A DNA stretch of 63,658 bases, the filler included, from Octopus bimaculoides (Eukaryota): the NCBI RefSeq assembly GCF_001194135.2. It is 8 parts of 8 records of this genome, joined end to end, with 100 filler letters (N's around TTAATTAATTAA, not from the genome) between each part and the next. Parts side by side here need not be neighbours in the genome. Positions count along the whole stretch, not along the records: positions 17,009 to 24,553 come from NC_068981.1; positions 24,654 to 31,703 come from NC_068995.1; positions 31,804 to 40,358 come from NC_068984.1; 5 more parts are not named here. One strand, 5' to 3'. The position numbers were made by a program, and so were the translations under genes. Every line of letters begins with the position of its first letter. Position 1 is the stretch's first letter. Shown here in pieces: positions 21,674-34,835 of the stretch. A model generated the notes under the pieces. That model was not told the origin of the DNA. It did no database searches and worked only from the letters and a program-made list of their open reading frames with translations.

Positions 21674-22677
21674 CAGGGTTAATATGATATAAGGGAGATA
21701 TAGCAGCTGTTTCAAGCGAATCAAGTCACCACGTAGAACCTTGGTTTTGGGAATGTTTCTGTTTATTACACTTGCTTCACATAGAATGATACTATACCAT
21801 ATGTGGTGGAAAGTTGTTATGGATCTCCATCGGTTTCAACGATGAGTATTCAGATGCGTCCTATGGGTTTCCATAAACTTTCTGTCTACTCACTTTCACT
21901 CACGAAATACGTGTTAACCAAACACTATGAAAAAAATATAACTTACCTGAGAGGTCATTCTCTGGGATCGAAATCGAAACGCATTGATTGGGAAGCCATT
22001 TTCTAAATATTCAGCCATATTGACATAGAGCACCAAATATATAATTCAAGAACCTCCGTTGTACAAAAGAAAAAGATACGAAAATTTGGGGCAGACACAA
22101 ATATTCTGAACAAGTTGATAAAATTTGCTAATCCAACTAAATATATGAACTCTCAGTAACAAGGAGAGCAAAAGAGATCACTTCCGGAACAGAAGCGAGG
22201 AGAGGACAGCAGTAGGATGGAAGTTGTAAAAAAAAAAAGTGTCAGGAATTGTAATGGGGTCAACACGTATTATGTAAGTGAAACTGCGTATAAAAAAAAT
22301 TTCTGCCTTGTGAATGACACTGGTTACCAGGTTGAAGGAATAATGGGGTGCAATTGAAGATCGGGACATTTGGCGAAAAAGAGCTGCATTGAACTGGGAA
22401 AGTCACTTGACCGGATAGATAAATATAAAGATTATGCCTGGAGGAATTAGTGGGAAACATTCGTGGAGGAGTGCCTCACATTGTAGGAGTGGGAGAAGGA
22501 AGAGTACAACATCAGGTTTGGAGAAAGAAGTACATTCAGTATCCCTGGCAAAGGATACTAAATACCTTGTTAGTTTTGAGTAAGCTGATCTAAGGTCAAT
22601 GGTATTTCATAAAGTTGGTCTACTGTCAAAGGCATTTCAGCCTTGATCACCTCATCTTTTTTGCATATGTATTCTCT

Positions 22678-22810
22678 CTTATCTCTTTTTACTTGTTTCA
22701 GTCATTTGACTGCGGCCTGCTGGAGCACCGCCTTTAGTCGTGCAAATCGACCCCAGGACTTATTCTTTGTAAGCCTAGTACTTATTCTATCGGTCTCTTT
22801 TGCGCTAAAA
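22678..22810 (-). mobile_element. SINE family A, 3' end fragment
   Basis: TTTTTACTTGTTTCAGTCATTTGACTGCGGCC...TATCGGTCTCTTTTGC. Confidence 0.85.
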
Positions 22811-23767
22811 TTTCGTTGTATGTGTATGTATGTATGTATGTATGTATGTATGTTTTAATTTTAAATTTGAACTTTAAACCCGACAACTACTGACTAAAGA
22901 AACAATCGTCCGCATAATGTAAATCTGGACAACAATGATTACAATTCCAGTGACGATATTATTTTACGAAAGTGAAAGTATGTTTCACGCATTGCACTTT
23001 TTATTCGCTTAATATTGACAATATATAGGGAAGCTTTAAACGTAAATAACAAGAGGAAACGTTATTCATGAAATAGAAAAAGAAAGATGAATATGGAAAA
23101 AGAGAAGCTAAGAGAGGGAGACAGAAAGAATGAGAGAGAGAGAGAGAAGGAAGAGGGGGACCGATTAGGAGAAAAGTAGGTGAAAAGGTAACATCCTAAT
23201 TTCATGAATTGCGCATGCACATGTATATATCTCTGTGTGTGCGTAACTGTTAAGAAATGACTATTATTTTAAAACAAGTTTAACCCTTAAACAGCGGGAA
23301 AAGGTTGCATGAATGTGTGTGCTAAACAGGCAAAGAACAAAAAAAAATCACTTTTTTTATATGGGTATACTTATTTTATACTTATTTTCACTTTATATCA
23401 GTACAGAATCTATAATACTTCTTACTCTCCCACACAATAAAATTTACAATCTCATTATCTAAAAGTGCTGTAAAATATTCACTTTCATTTGATAATGACT
23501 GTATCCGCTTGAAATTTTCTGAAACATCCATTGATGATGTCTACAGTTTAAAGGTTAAGGATAATAAAAACAAAAAAATCACTTTTATAAATGGAGTGAC
23601 ATAATACTGATAGTCAAATTGAATTTATTGTACTTGAAATTTAAAATAAACACACACACACACACTCACACACACACACACACACACACACACGCATACA
23701 CACACACACATATATATTCTTTTTACACGCATATACACAAATATATATATACATATATATACTTTTT

Positions 23768-23964
23768 CTTCTTTTATTTGTTTCAGTCATTTGACTGCGG
23801 CCATGCTGGAGCACCGCTTTTAGTCGAACAAATCGACCACAGGACTCATTCTTTGTAAGCCTAGTACTTATTCTATCAGTCTCTTTTGCCGAACCGCTAG
23901 GTTACAGGGACGAAAACACACCAACATCAGTTGTCAAGCGATGGCGGGGGGTCNNNNNNNNNNT

Positions 23965-23997
<33 letters not shown>

Positions 23998-24156
23998 CGG
24001 CGGGCTCCTTTCAGTTTCCGTCTACCAAATCCACTCACAGGGCTTAGGTTGGCCCGAGGCTATAGAAGAAGACACTCGCCCAAGGTGCCACACATTGAGA
24101 CTGAGCCCGGAACCAAGTGATTGGTAAGTGAGCTACTTACCACACAGTCACTCCTA
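23768..24156 (-). mobile_element. SINE family A, near full length
   Basis: Both halves present around an internal (TA)n and a short gap. Confidence 0.9.
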
Positions 24157-24217
24157 AAGTTTATGTATGTATATATAAAGACATGGACTTTACAATATAA
24201 GCATAATATTTAATAAT

Positions 24218-24378
24218 GATTTGACTCAGGTCTGTACGACTGAAAGTTTCGAAGGTTCGTTGGACGAACCTATCCAGTCTGTCATCTTATCAGACAACTA
24301 CATTCTACTCTAGATGTCTGACGAGAGAGGTTCGTCCATGAGCCTACGAAACTTAAGCCGTGTGCAGCTAAGTCAAAC
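24218..24378. ncRNA. Head-to-head pair of homologous hammerhead-like motifs (minus 24218-24296, plus 24315-24378)
   Basis: Plus: CTGACGA, stem II AGGTTC/GAGCCT, GAAA, stem III ACTTA(A)GC/GCTAAGT, GTC. Minus: CTGATAA...AGGTTC GTCCAAC GAACCT TC GAAAC...GAGTC AAA. Stem I is weak in both. Confidence 0.55.
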
Positions 24379-24449
24379 GGTTAGCCGCTTTATTTTGTTT
24401 CTCCACTTATTCGTATGTACGTATGTATGTATGTATGTATGTATGTATG

Positions 24450-24511
<62 letters not shown>

Positions 24512-24521
24512 TGTATGTATG

Positions 24522-24553
<32 letters not shown>

Positions 24554-24786
24554 NNNNNNNNNNNNNNNNNNNNNNNNNNNNNNNNNNNNNNNNNNNNTTA
24601 ATTAATTAANNNNNNNNNNNNNNNNNNNNNNNNNNNNNNNNNNNNNNNNNNNNTAGTGGGTGACATTGCCTGGCTGAGCCACAAGACCATGACCTCCACT
24701 AATGGTGATTGTTCCAGATATATTGAAACTTATGTCAGTCATCTACTCCAATCAATGCTATGACATACACACACACATACTCATGT

Positions 24787-24825
<39 letters not shown>

Positions 24826-25214
24826 TATGTATATATGTGTAGGTATGTGAGAATGACTGAGCGTGTTTGTGTGTCTAATGTTAAATTACTTAAGCATCTG
24901 CGCAGACGCGAGACTATATTTGGTATGAAATTTTCTTTCATAAACCTGGGCTAATTTAAGTAACTTTGACTCACGCACCAACACGTACAGCTTGATTCCG
25001 TCGCTGTGCAACACCACACTTCTCGTATATCTCGCTTGGACTACGTTACACACACGCACACACAGAGTCAGACAAGACAGACACACACATACACACATAT
25101 ATGAGAATGTGTGTGTGCGTTTGTGTGAGCTGCCGAGTAACAAAACCACAGTAAAAATCGTATTAATGCTTCATTCCTAATTTAACCAGATTTCACATTT
25201 TTTTTTTAATGTTT

Positions 25215-25412
25215 ACCCCTTTACCATAAACAAAAGGCCGGAACTTTGTGCTAAGTGCAGCAAATCGATAAAATCGACTTCGTTGCGCAAATGTTACCGA
25301 CTCCAGAAAGGATAGGTCGACCTCGGCGGAATTGAAACTCAGGTTGTAAAGACTGACGAAATACTGCAAATATTTAACCCGTCTTGCTAGCAACTCTGCC
25401 ACCTCGCGGCCT
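25215..25412 (-). mobile_element. SINE family B, decayed
   Basis: GGTCGACCTCGGCGGAATTGAAACTCAG...GACGAAATACTGC...CTCTGCCACCTCGC. Confidence 0.7.
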
Positions 25413-25639
25413 TAAAGAGTAACTTTAAATATTTTCACATCAAATGTTTACGGTATGAGGGCAACTACTTAACGTAAGTTGTCCTTTTACGTTTGTCAAA
25501 AATCACAGATTAGAGGTGTAGCGGTAACTGACACTCCTTTTAGAGTCTTATCCAATCCTCTTTAGCGCACTATTTTGCCATCTTCGTTAAAACTTCCCCG
25601 CTCCGAAGTTTCAGGAAACGTCAATGAAACATTCTGCTA

Positions 25640-26030
25640 TGCGTCTATATTGCAGAGAGGGCTCGTACCAGGATTATCCACTGGTGAAATGGTTAAAGAA
25701 GACTCTTTATTTATGAAAGATGGGGCTCGTTGTCACACAGCTAAAATGACCCAAGACTTGTGGGATGAGAATGGTATTTAAAAGCTTCCATGGCCAAGCC
25801 AGTCACAGATATGAACCTGATTGAACACCTCTGAGACATAATGGACAGGACACTTCATGAAAATAACAAGAAAGCATATTCAAATCCAGATCTTTTGAGA
25901 TTACTGCATGAAACGTGTCAAGAAATTCCGCAAGAGAATATTCGTCATCTGATCAGTAACATGCGTAATAAAGTCCTTGCTTTCAAACATGCAAAGGGCC
26001 TGTCTAATCAATATTAAATATTCACATTAT
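25640..26030 (+). mobile_element. Tc1-like (DD34E) transposase 3' fragment
   Basis: KDGARCHTAKMTQDLWDENGI*KLPWPSQS(P)DMNLIEHL*DIMDR. The D-to-E distance of 104 nt equals 35 codons minus a 1-nt deletion. Confidence 0.8.
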
Positions 26031-26270
26031 AACAATTAATAAATAAGTTGATGATATAAATTCAGATATAGAAAAATTTTAATGATTATAAGCATGTCTT
26101 TTTCCTTCTGTATGTATATATGAAAACTTGCTTTTTTATAAAAACATAGACACTCATATACATACATATTTAGACACACACACTCACACACAGACACACA
26201 TAAATTATCTCCGGCTGTGAATGCATGTGTACCCATATCTTTCTCTTCCTATGTATGCAAAAATGTAAGT

Positions 26271-26311
<41 letters not shown>

Positions 26312-26321
26312 NNNNNNNNNN

Positions 26322-26357
<36 letters not shown>

Positions 26358-27159
26358 AACAAGTATGTTTGAACATGCGTACCCATATATACGTATGTGG
26401 CTGAATGCTTACACGCACATACAGATATTTATGCCTGTACACCTCCATTTGTATTTTGAGAACATTTTTTTCCCATTTCCTTCAGATATAGTACTGAGTT
26501 TGCACGAACCGCTTTAGATTATTTTTCATATTTCCCTTCCATTCTCGATTTCTTATTGCTTATGTCTCAATTATCCTTTTTTTTGTTTCTTTGTTCTGGA
26601 TATTCTTTATATCTAAAATCGCTTTATGCTTGTTTGCATTATTGGTATTCTCATACACGTATCTATTTACTCATCCTATTATTCCTTCACTCCATTTTAA
26701 TTCCATTCAGCCTTATTATGTATACTCTCATTTTCTGTTTTCTCACCATTTTCAGTTAACGATTGTCAACCTTCAACTTCTGTAGCAATGACAACATCAA
26801 AACATAAACAGAACTATATATTCGTGACGACAGCAAATGTACTATCGAGAGTAGTGATATTAATAAAAAAGTAGTGAGTTTCATTAACGAAGGTAGTAAC
26901 AAAAGAAGTATTTCTATTGCCTCTAGTATTTGTGCAAAAGATTTCTAATATTTTTCATAATTGGCATATACTTTAATACAAAAATTAATGCTTGCAAAAA
27001 ATAATAATAAATTCCGTGATGCAATGCCAGGCACTCGCTCTCGTGTTACTGGTCTTAATTGTTTAGACGTGTTATGTACATACTTTTACCTTGGTGTAAA
27101 ATATTCTACTCAATAACGCAGGTTGCTTGTCGCTTTTTTCAGCTTAACAAGTTTAACAT

Positions 27160-27530
27160 GTGCCTTGGTGGCTGACGATATGTGCATCTCTGATCACGAG
27201 CAGAAACAGTGGGGGAGCATCATGGCTATGTGTTAGGAGGAGTTCTTTGGAGTTTGTATAATTCACCTCTGGAAACATTGGGTGTTTCGATCAGCATCCT
27301 CAAACAAATATAATTCAAGGACCTTTTGAACAAGATCGGCCACTCTACATGAACAAAGTTCTAACTGGGCCCCATCTGCAATCTTGCGCGCTGTTATCTT
27401 GATATGAGATCACCATGTTGCGCACATACGGTGGTGATGCATGTACCCTTATCAAACGGGTAGTCATGATGGGTATGCTGGGCTTCGTATATTTTACCCC
27501 AGTGACACTTTGATGGCATGCACTTCTCTC
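27160..27530. repeat. Unclassified interspersed repeat (GC-richer, non-coding)
   Basis: Composition contrasts with the AT-rich flanks and there is no ORF. It resembles a common octopus repeat from recollection only; class not established. Confidence 0.35.
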
Positions 27531-29002
27531 TCAACAACAACAAAAATAATAATGATAGTTTCTCTAATCAATAAAAAGCCTAAAATTTTGACATCAACGC
27601 TAGTATTTCTGATGACTTTTGCTAAGTATTACTTTAAACTAACAAAATTTTTAATTAATTTTTACTGCTTACGTATCGTAATTGCATAATTAAATATTTA
27701 GTTTTGTTTATTCTTAATGAAACAGGTGTTGGAAGTAATTAAATTTTGATATATGTGAAATTTATGGATTTTATGAGCTTTTGCATTTTATTATATATAC
27801 ATGTATACACACTCACACCCACCTATACACACACACACACACACATTTACGTATATATATATATATGCACATTTTCTCCCGCACGTTTGTATAAATTATG
27901 GAAATAAGTAGAATAATCTTACGTAGGTATTCGTAACAAATGTGCAAGCGAAAGTAACAGAGAGATACGGGAGAGAGAGAGAGAGAGAGAGAGAGGTTAG
28001 AGAGAGACGAGGAGATAGGGAGGGTGGGAGAGACAGAGTGAATGAACAATGGAGTAAAGAAACTGGACGAATTAATCAAAAGGAGAAGAAATATGAGTAG
28101 GAAAAGCAGCAAATATAGAGATGAAGAACGACTATGAGAAAGTTCCAAACGAAAAGCAATACCAGGAAGAGTGGTAAAAGCGTAGGTGCCAAACAGAGCC
28201 ATATTCCATTTAATAAAACAGGAAAAACTGTAGAAGAAGCACCGAATGATTATATATATATGCATACACACACACACACTTCTACATATAAATGTATATA
28301 CATATGTGTGAGTGTTTGTATGTATATATTCACACACATACACGTATATGAGAGATGACTATATAACAGATATACAGAAATGCTTTGTCTTTGTTAGTAT
28401 ATGTATAAGTGTGTGTCTATATCAGGAACACAACGGGTTACAGTAAAATAGAGGAACCTATGTGCAAAAAGTCTAATTTTTGTGAGTAAAACCAAAGCTG
28501 ACAAAATTAATAAGAGGAAGGGAAATGGAGTAAAAACAAAAGAAAAATTGAACCGAAAGAAAGATGGGGGGTGGGAGAAGTATAGCCAGTGAGATAGAGA
28601 GACAGAAAGACAGAATGAAGGTGGTCTATCGTCAGTTAGAGTAAGCGATAGTGAGTTTTAGAGAATAGAGGAACAGTAATAAGAGAGCGAAGAAAACTTG
28701 AATGAATGTTCTGAAAAAGAATGTTGGTGTACTCATAGATTGGAAATTTCGATTGTGAAGGAGGAAAACCATTACGATGTTCATGAATATTTCAAAGTGC
28801 GATAAATTGATAAACGAACAAAAACATAATGGTGAGAAAGGAGAAGAATTAAAGAATTAAAGAACGAGGGGTATAAGGCTTTAGTGTTACACAAACATAT
28901 CCTATCTGAGATAAGGCAAAAGAGAATAGGGTGCATAGTTAAAAGTGAGGAGTGGGTAAATAGGTTAAAAGGAAATTGATAAATATATTGATTTAATAAA
29001 CG

Positions 29003-29063
<61 letters not shown>

Positions 29064-29356
29064 ATTTGTTCGTGTTTGTGAGTGAATAAATGTGCATACA
29101 TACGTACATATATAAATACAAGTTTATAAATATGTATTACATACATACACACATAAATATGTATGCATGTGTATATATGTGTGTACATGTATATATATAT
29201 ATACATATATATACATATGCATACATACATATACATATGCATACATACATATATGCATATGCATACATACATATATGCATATGCATACATACATATATGC
29301 ATATATATATATACATACCTACATATACATACACATATATAAACATACATACATAC

Positions 29357-29424
<68 letters not shown>

Positions 29425-30157
29425 CTACATACAGACGTATATATATTTGTATAAATGAGGGAAATCCTTTCTTTTACACATATTCAATTGAAAACGCATC
29501 ATTGCTATATTTTGATACAGATCATTATAAGTGTCGTCTACGATAGAAGTACCATTTATTTGACCATAAATCAAATTACGTATGCGAAAGCACTGAATAG
29601 ATACGGTTTCTTATGGAGGGCTTGCAACGATGGCTGGCGTTCAACATGACCTCAATATAAAACAAATTGAAAAGACCCAGCCTAATGTTGGTATAAAAAC
29701 AGATGTGTAGAAGTCAAAATTTCGCGAAATTAGATACAACCTAGATAACAATTCTATATTAAATTTCAAACTTCAGTAGAGTATAATATACACTTATCAG
29801 CGTGATTCTGTGTCCCTTTTGTCAAACGTAACATTTATGAAGATGCTGTCTGTTAACAAAGCGTACTTATACAGTCAACAGGCAAATATTTATGTATATG
29901 CTGTATTTGATGGCATATAGGACGCACCCTTTCCCCACAAAAATGTCTCAAAAGATAGCACCGGATCGTAGATAGGAAGTCAGACATCCTTGACGTTTTA
30001 ATGCACTGGGAAAATTTCTATTCTAAATGAATGCTGTTTAATTCAGTGTACAACCAATATACCTACGTTCCTTTATGTCATTATTTACTTCAGAATGAGA
30101 CAAAGTGAGTCTAGATAGTCTCAAACTACCAATGCTAGATTCCTAAATAAGACAATA

Positions 30158-30305
30158 AGCCGGCAGAATCTTTAGCACGTCAGTCAAACTGTTTAACGGC
30201 TTCCGTTCGTTTTTATGCTCTCAGCTCAAATTCCGCCGAATTGGACTTTGCCTTGCATTCTTTCAGAGTCGATAAAGGAGCACCAGTTGAGCACTTGGGT
30301 CGATG
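30158..30305 (+). mobile_element. SINE family B, decayed
   Basis: GCCGGCAGAATCTTTAGCACG...CAAATTCCGCCGAATTGGACTTTGCCTTGCATTCTTTC. Confidence 0.65.
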
Positions 30306-31296
30306 GAATCAACTTTGCCATGCCCCTGAAATTTCTGTCCCTGTGCAAAAATTTGAAAATAATATAAAAACCACAACTATATATGACTCTGTGTGTGTGT
30401 GTGTGTGTGTGTGTAAGTATGTATATACATGTATATATATATCTCCACGCACATATTTATATGTGTGTGTATGTGTGTGTGTGATGGGGCGTGTATATCT
30501 ATGTGTATACGTCTGTGTCCCTACTCGTATACATTATAGCTATGCTCCATATACATTTATGCTGCGACCCATATGCACAAACACATACACAGAGTCGCAT
30601 ACATACAAATAGGAATACAAAGTTGTACCACGGGACGCGTAAAAGCGGGCAAAATATGGGTCACAACTCAAAAAAATAATAAAGTTAAAAACAAAATAGA
30701 GATGACACGAGACAGCAATGAGAGGAGGAGAGAAACTATATCTAATCACAGGTGAAGCATGAATAAAAATACACGCCGTTGATTGGTTTAGAATATCAAG
30801 GCTACTATGATGATAAACATTACTTTAACAACTACAGATTCAATGTATTTGTTTTTAGCTCAGTATATTAGCTAAACGAAGTATATATAATAAATGTGAC
30901 TTATATTAAATAAAAATCGTTTAAAAATAAGCTCCGTTGTATAAATGATAAGTTATATTATATTTTCATAAATATAATCAGTGATATATAATTTTCTTAC
31001 GCTGTATTAGGTTTATGTACAGGATGGAGTATCTTGTGCGTATATTTGTATAACAAGGGCGTACATAAAGACTATGTATATATAACATGCACATATTTAC
31101 ATACATCCATATAAGTATATACATACACACATATATATAACGGAATATATATACGCTTACATATATATATTTTTACACACATGTATACACATATAAGTAG
31201 CTATGGAATATATTAATACGTATATATGTGGATACATATATCTAATTATTTATCTATCTACACATATACACACACGCACACAAGCAAACAAAGATG

Positions 31297-31333
<37 letters not shown>

Positions 31334-31544
31334 GTATATATCTATATATATATATCGTATGTATATATAATTGACATTAGTGAAAAAACACATATACTTA
31401 TATATCTTCCAAATGTTAATAAGCAAAACAGCAAGTAGATATGCATAATAAATTGTCTCATAAAATTGCAGTCTAGAAAAAAACTCATTTAAACGGAATT
31501 TATAATACGAAATTCCAAATTTGGAAAAAAATAAACAGTGTACG

Positions 31545-31600
<56 letters not shown>

Positions 31601-32211
31601 CATACGTACACATTTGCCACGAGAGGAGGGAGAGAGGGAAAAGAAAGAGAAAGAACAGCAAACGTGATGTGCGTAATATATACACACACACACATATATA
31701 TATNNNNNNNNNNNNNNNNNNNNNNNNNNNNNNNNNNNNNNNNNNNNTTAATTAATTAANNNNNNNNNNNNNNNNNNNNNNNNNNNNNNNNNNNNNNNNN
31801 NNNTACTGTTTTCTGGTGAGGTGGCTCCCCTATGTTTCCGTGTGGGTGTTTCCACTAAATTCCGATAAATGCTTTGGGAGAAACTTCTCCCTAGCGACCC
31901 AACATCATTCGGAAACTTTTCTTTTATTTTATTATAGTTTTCTTTGGTTATTTTTAGTGTGAGTATGTGTGCTGGTGGTGCGTTGTGTAGGGGTATAATG
32001 AAATTTGTGGTGTTTGCATTTGTACTGTTTTTTAAAAAGTTTAATAAGTGTTCATTTTTGGTGTTGATGGCTGTTACGTTTGTGGTGTGTGTGAGTGTGG
32101 GTGTTTGCGGTGGAGAAGGTGTTGCAATTTGTTGTGAGTGTGTGTTGTTGTTGCCGATGATGTTGAGAAGCTCATCTTTTTCGCGCCTCCCCTCTTTGTC
32201 AGTGTTTGTGC

Positions 32212-32285
<74 letters not shown>

Positions 32286-32825
32286 CATATGGACAATATT
32301 GTTAATAAAATTGATAAATGAGATACTTTTCGTGATGCACTAAAGACCCGGTACATGCATATTCAGCATAATTTTTCTCTGCGCGTATTACAGCAATGTA
32401 TTTCTTAAATCATACAGCGGAAACTATACTATTTAAGATCAATGTTAATAAATTACAATCTAAAAATCTACAATCCACTACTGCGAATAGCCGCTGATAT
32501 GTTTACATCAAAATATCCAGATTTCAACATCACTTCAAGAGCACTTAAACTTTCGGAGTAAATATAGTTTATATTTGTAAAGCAATTGAGGCCTCTACTA
32601 GTCAAAACTTCACTTGTCAAAACTGACCATTCCTTTGTAGGTTTTTGTAAGATTTTTTAGGAAGACTAGTAGTTACTCTGGTGCACAAATTTGCCTTCTC
32701 CACGCCAATAATCACTGAGAAAATGGGTCGGGTGAACTTGATATTAACATCATTGCAGCCTTGATGTTTGGTGTATCAATGCAGAAAGCCAGAATAGATA
32801 TCAAAAGACATCTTTCCCGGCTCTC

Positions 32826-32892
<67 letters not shown>

Positions 32893-33479
32893 NNNNNNNN
32901 NNNNNNNNNNNNNNNNNNNNNNNNNNNNNNNNNNNNNNNNNNNNNNNNNNNNNNNNNNNNNNNNNNNNNNNNNNNNNNNNNNNNNNNNNNNNNNNNNNNN
33001 NNNNNNNNNNNNNNNNNNNNNNNNNNNNNNNNNNNNNNNNNNNNNNNNNNNNNNNNNNNNNNNNNNNNNNNNNNNNNNNNNNNNNNNNNNNNNNNNNNNN
33101 NNNNNNNNNNNNNNNNNNNNNNNNNNNNNNNNNNNNNNNNNNNNNNNNNNNNNNNNNNNNNNNNNNNNNNNNNNNNNNNNNNNNNNNNNNNNNNNNNNNN
33201 NNNNNNNNNNNNNNNNNNNNNNNNNNNNNNNNNNNNNNNNNNNNNNNNNNNNNNNNNNNNNNNNNNNNNNNNNNNNNNNNNNNNNNNNNNNNNNNNNNNN
33301 NNNNNNNNNNNNNNNNNNNNNNNNNNNNNNNNNNNNNNNNNNNNNNNNNNNNNNNNNNNNNNNNNNNNNNNNNNNNNNNNNNNNNNNNNNNNNNNNNNNN
33401 NNNNNNNNNNNNNNNNNNNNNNNNNNNNNNNNNNNNNNNNNNNNNNNNNNNNNNNNNNNNNNNNNNNNNNNNNNNNNNC

Positions 33480-34835
33480 AGCAAAAGAAAGGAATGGTCT
33501 GTCACCAACTGTGCACACAAAGAGTCATGGTGATTCACATTCAGGATCGTAACATTCTTCTTCAAATCTCTCTAGAGCCTTGCATGCGTTATCCTGGCTT
33601 CAGCAGACACTTTCGCTCCACCCAACACTTTTGTTTGCGATCCAGCTCGATCCAAAGCAAGGGTTTCTATGTCCTCTGGATCCATTCCAAGTGACTTCAT
33701 GGTAGTCCTTATGTCGTTCTTAAACCTTTTTTAAGGTTTACACCAATAGCGTTTCCCCTCTGCAAGCTTACCATAAAACTGCTGTTTGGGCGTGCGTTCA
33801 TCCGCCATTTGAACAATATGGCCACACCATCTCATTTGGTTTTTCAAAATCACAGATTTAATTGAGGTGATGCCTGCAGATGCAAGGACATCTGTGTTTG
33901 GAGTAAAAGAACTCCATTTAATGCTTTTAAAATGCGATGAAGGCATTTTTGGTGGAATTGTTCTTTCATAACAATGTCGAAATGTCTTTCCTAACAAGTC
34001 CATGTTTCACAAGAATACAACAGGGATGGTAAGACAAACGATTTGTAAAGAGCCAACTTTTTATTGTTATTCATATGTCGCTGGCACAAAACGAGTGACT
34101 CCAAGCCACCAAAGGCTTGTGCTGCCTTTTGGATTCACAGATGTATTTCTGTATCCAGATTTCCATCATTTTATATAGAGCTTCCTCAGTAGATGAGAGA
34201 ACCAACAACTTCAAGTAACTTACCCTTAACAAAAATTTTAGTGGGGTTACAAACAACACCCCATGCAGGTTGATACATTACAACTTTTGTTTTCAAGTTG
34301 CCGGTCAAGCGAAAATCAACACAAGCTGAGTCAAATGCAGATACAAGAGATTGCAGACCTGTTTCAGAATGACTGACAAAATCGCAATCATCAGCGTATA
34401 AGAGTTCCCTAATGAGTGAAGTAAAAACCTTCGTTTTGAATTTCAGTCTGATCAAATTAAAAACATTCTCTGTTGTTCGATATTTTATGTAAATACCCAC
34501 TTCAGAGTTTTGAAAAGCGTGTACCAACACAACAGCAGTGTATATTGCAAAGAGGGTGGGTGCATCAAGGTCTCCTTGCTTTATTCCATTTTCCATGACA
34601 AAAGATTCAGAGTGCCTACCACCAAAATTTAATTCTAGCTTTCATATCTTGATGCAAAGCCCTGATCATGTTTGCAAATTTTTCTGGGCAACCTATTTTC
34701 CTTAGAATTAGCCACAGAGCATTTCGATTAACAGTATCGAATGCCTTGCTCAAATTAAAAAAGCAATAGTATAGGGCAAAATTCTGTTCAATGCATTTTT
34801 ATTGCAAATTGTCTGATAGTAAAGATACAGTCAAC
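33480..34835 (-). mobile_element. RTE-clade LINE (BovB-like) ORF relic: RT domain to C-terminal zinc finger
   Basis: KCIEQN, FFNLSKAFDTVNRNALW, NGIKQG..APTLF, IYIKYRT...FNL.RLK.KTKV, LLYADDC, QMRWCGHIVQMADERTPKQ.FYG.L..GKR, then FVCTVGDRPFLSFA at the gap edge. Confidence 0.92.

Noticed and set aside
22140-22600. Retroelement coding remnant
   Set aside because: Composition is suggestive, but no frame gave a recognisable RT or endonuclease motif.
27172-27215. CTGACGA...GAAAC hammerhead-like motif
   Set aside because: The base of stem II is unpaired and no NUH or stem I follows; likely coincidence within a repeat.
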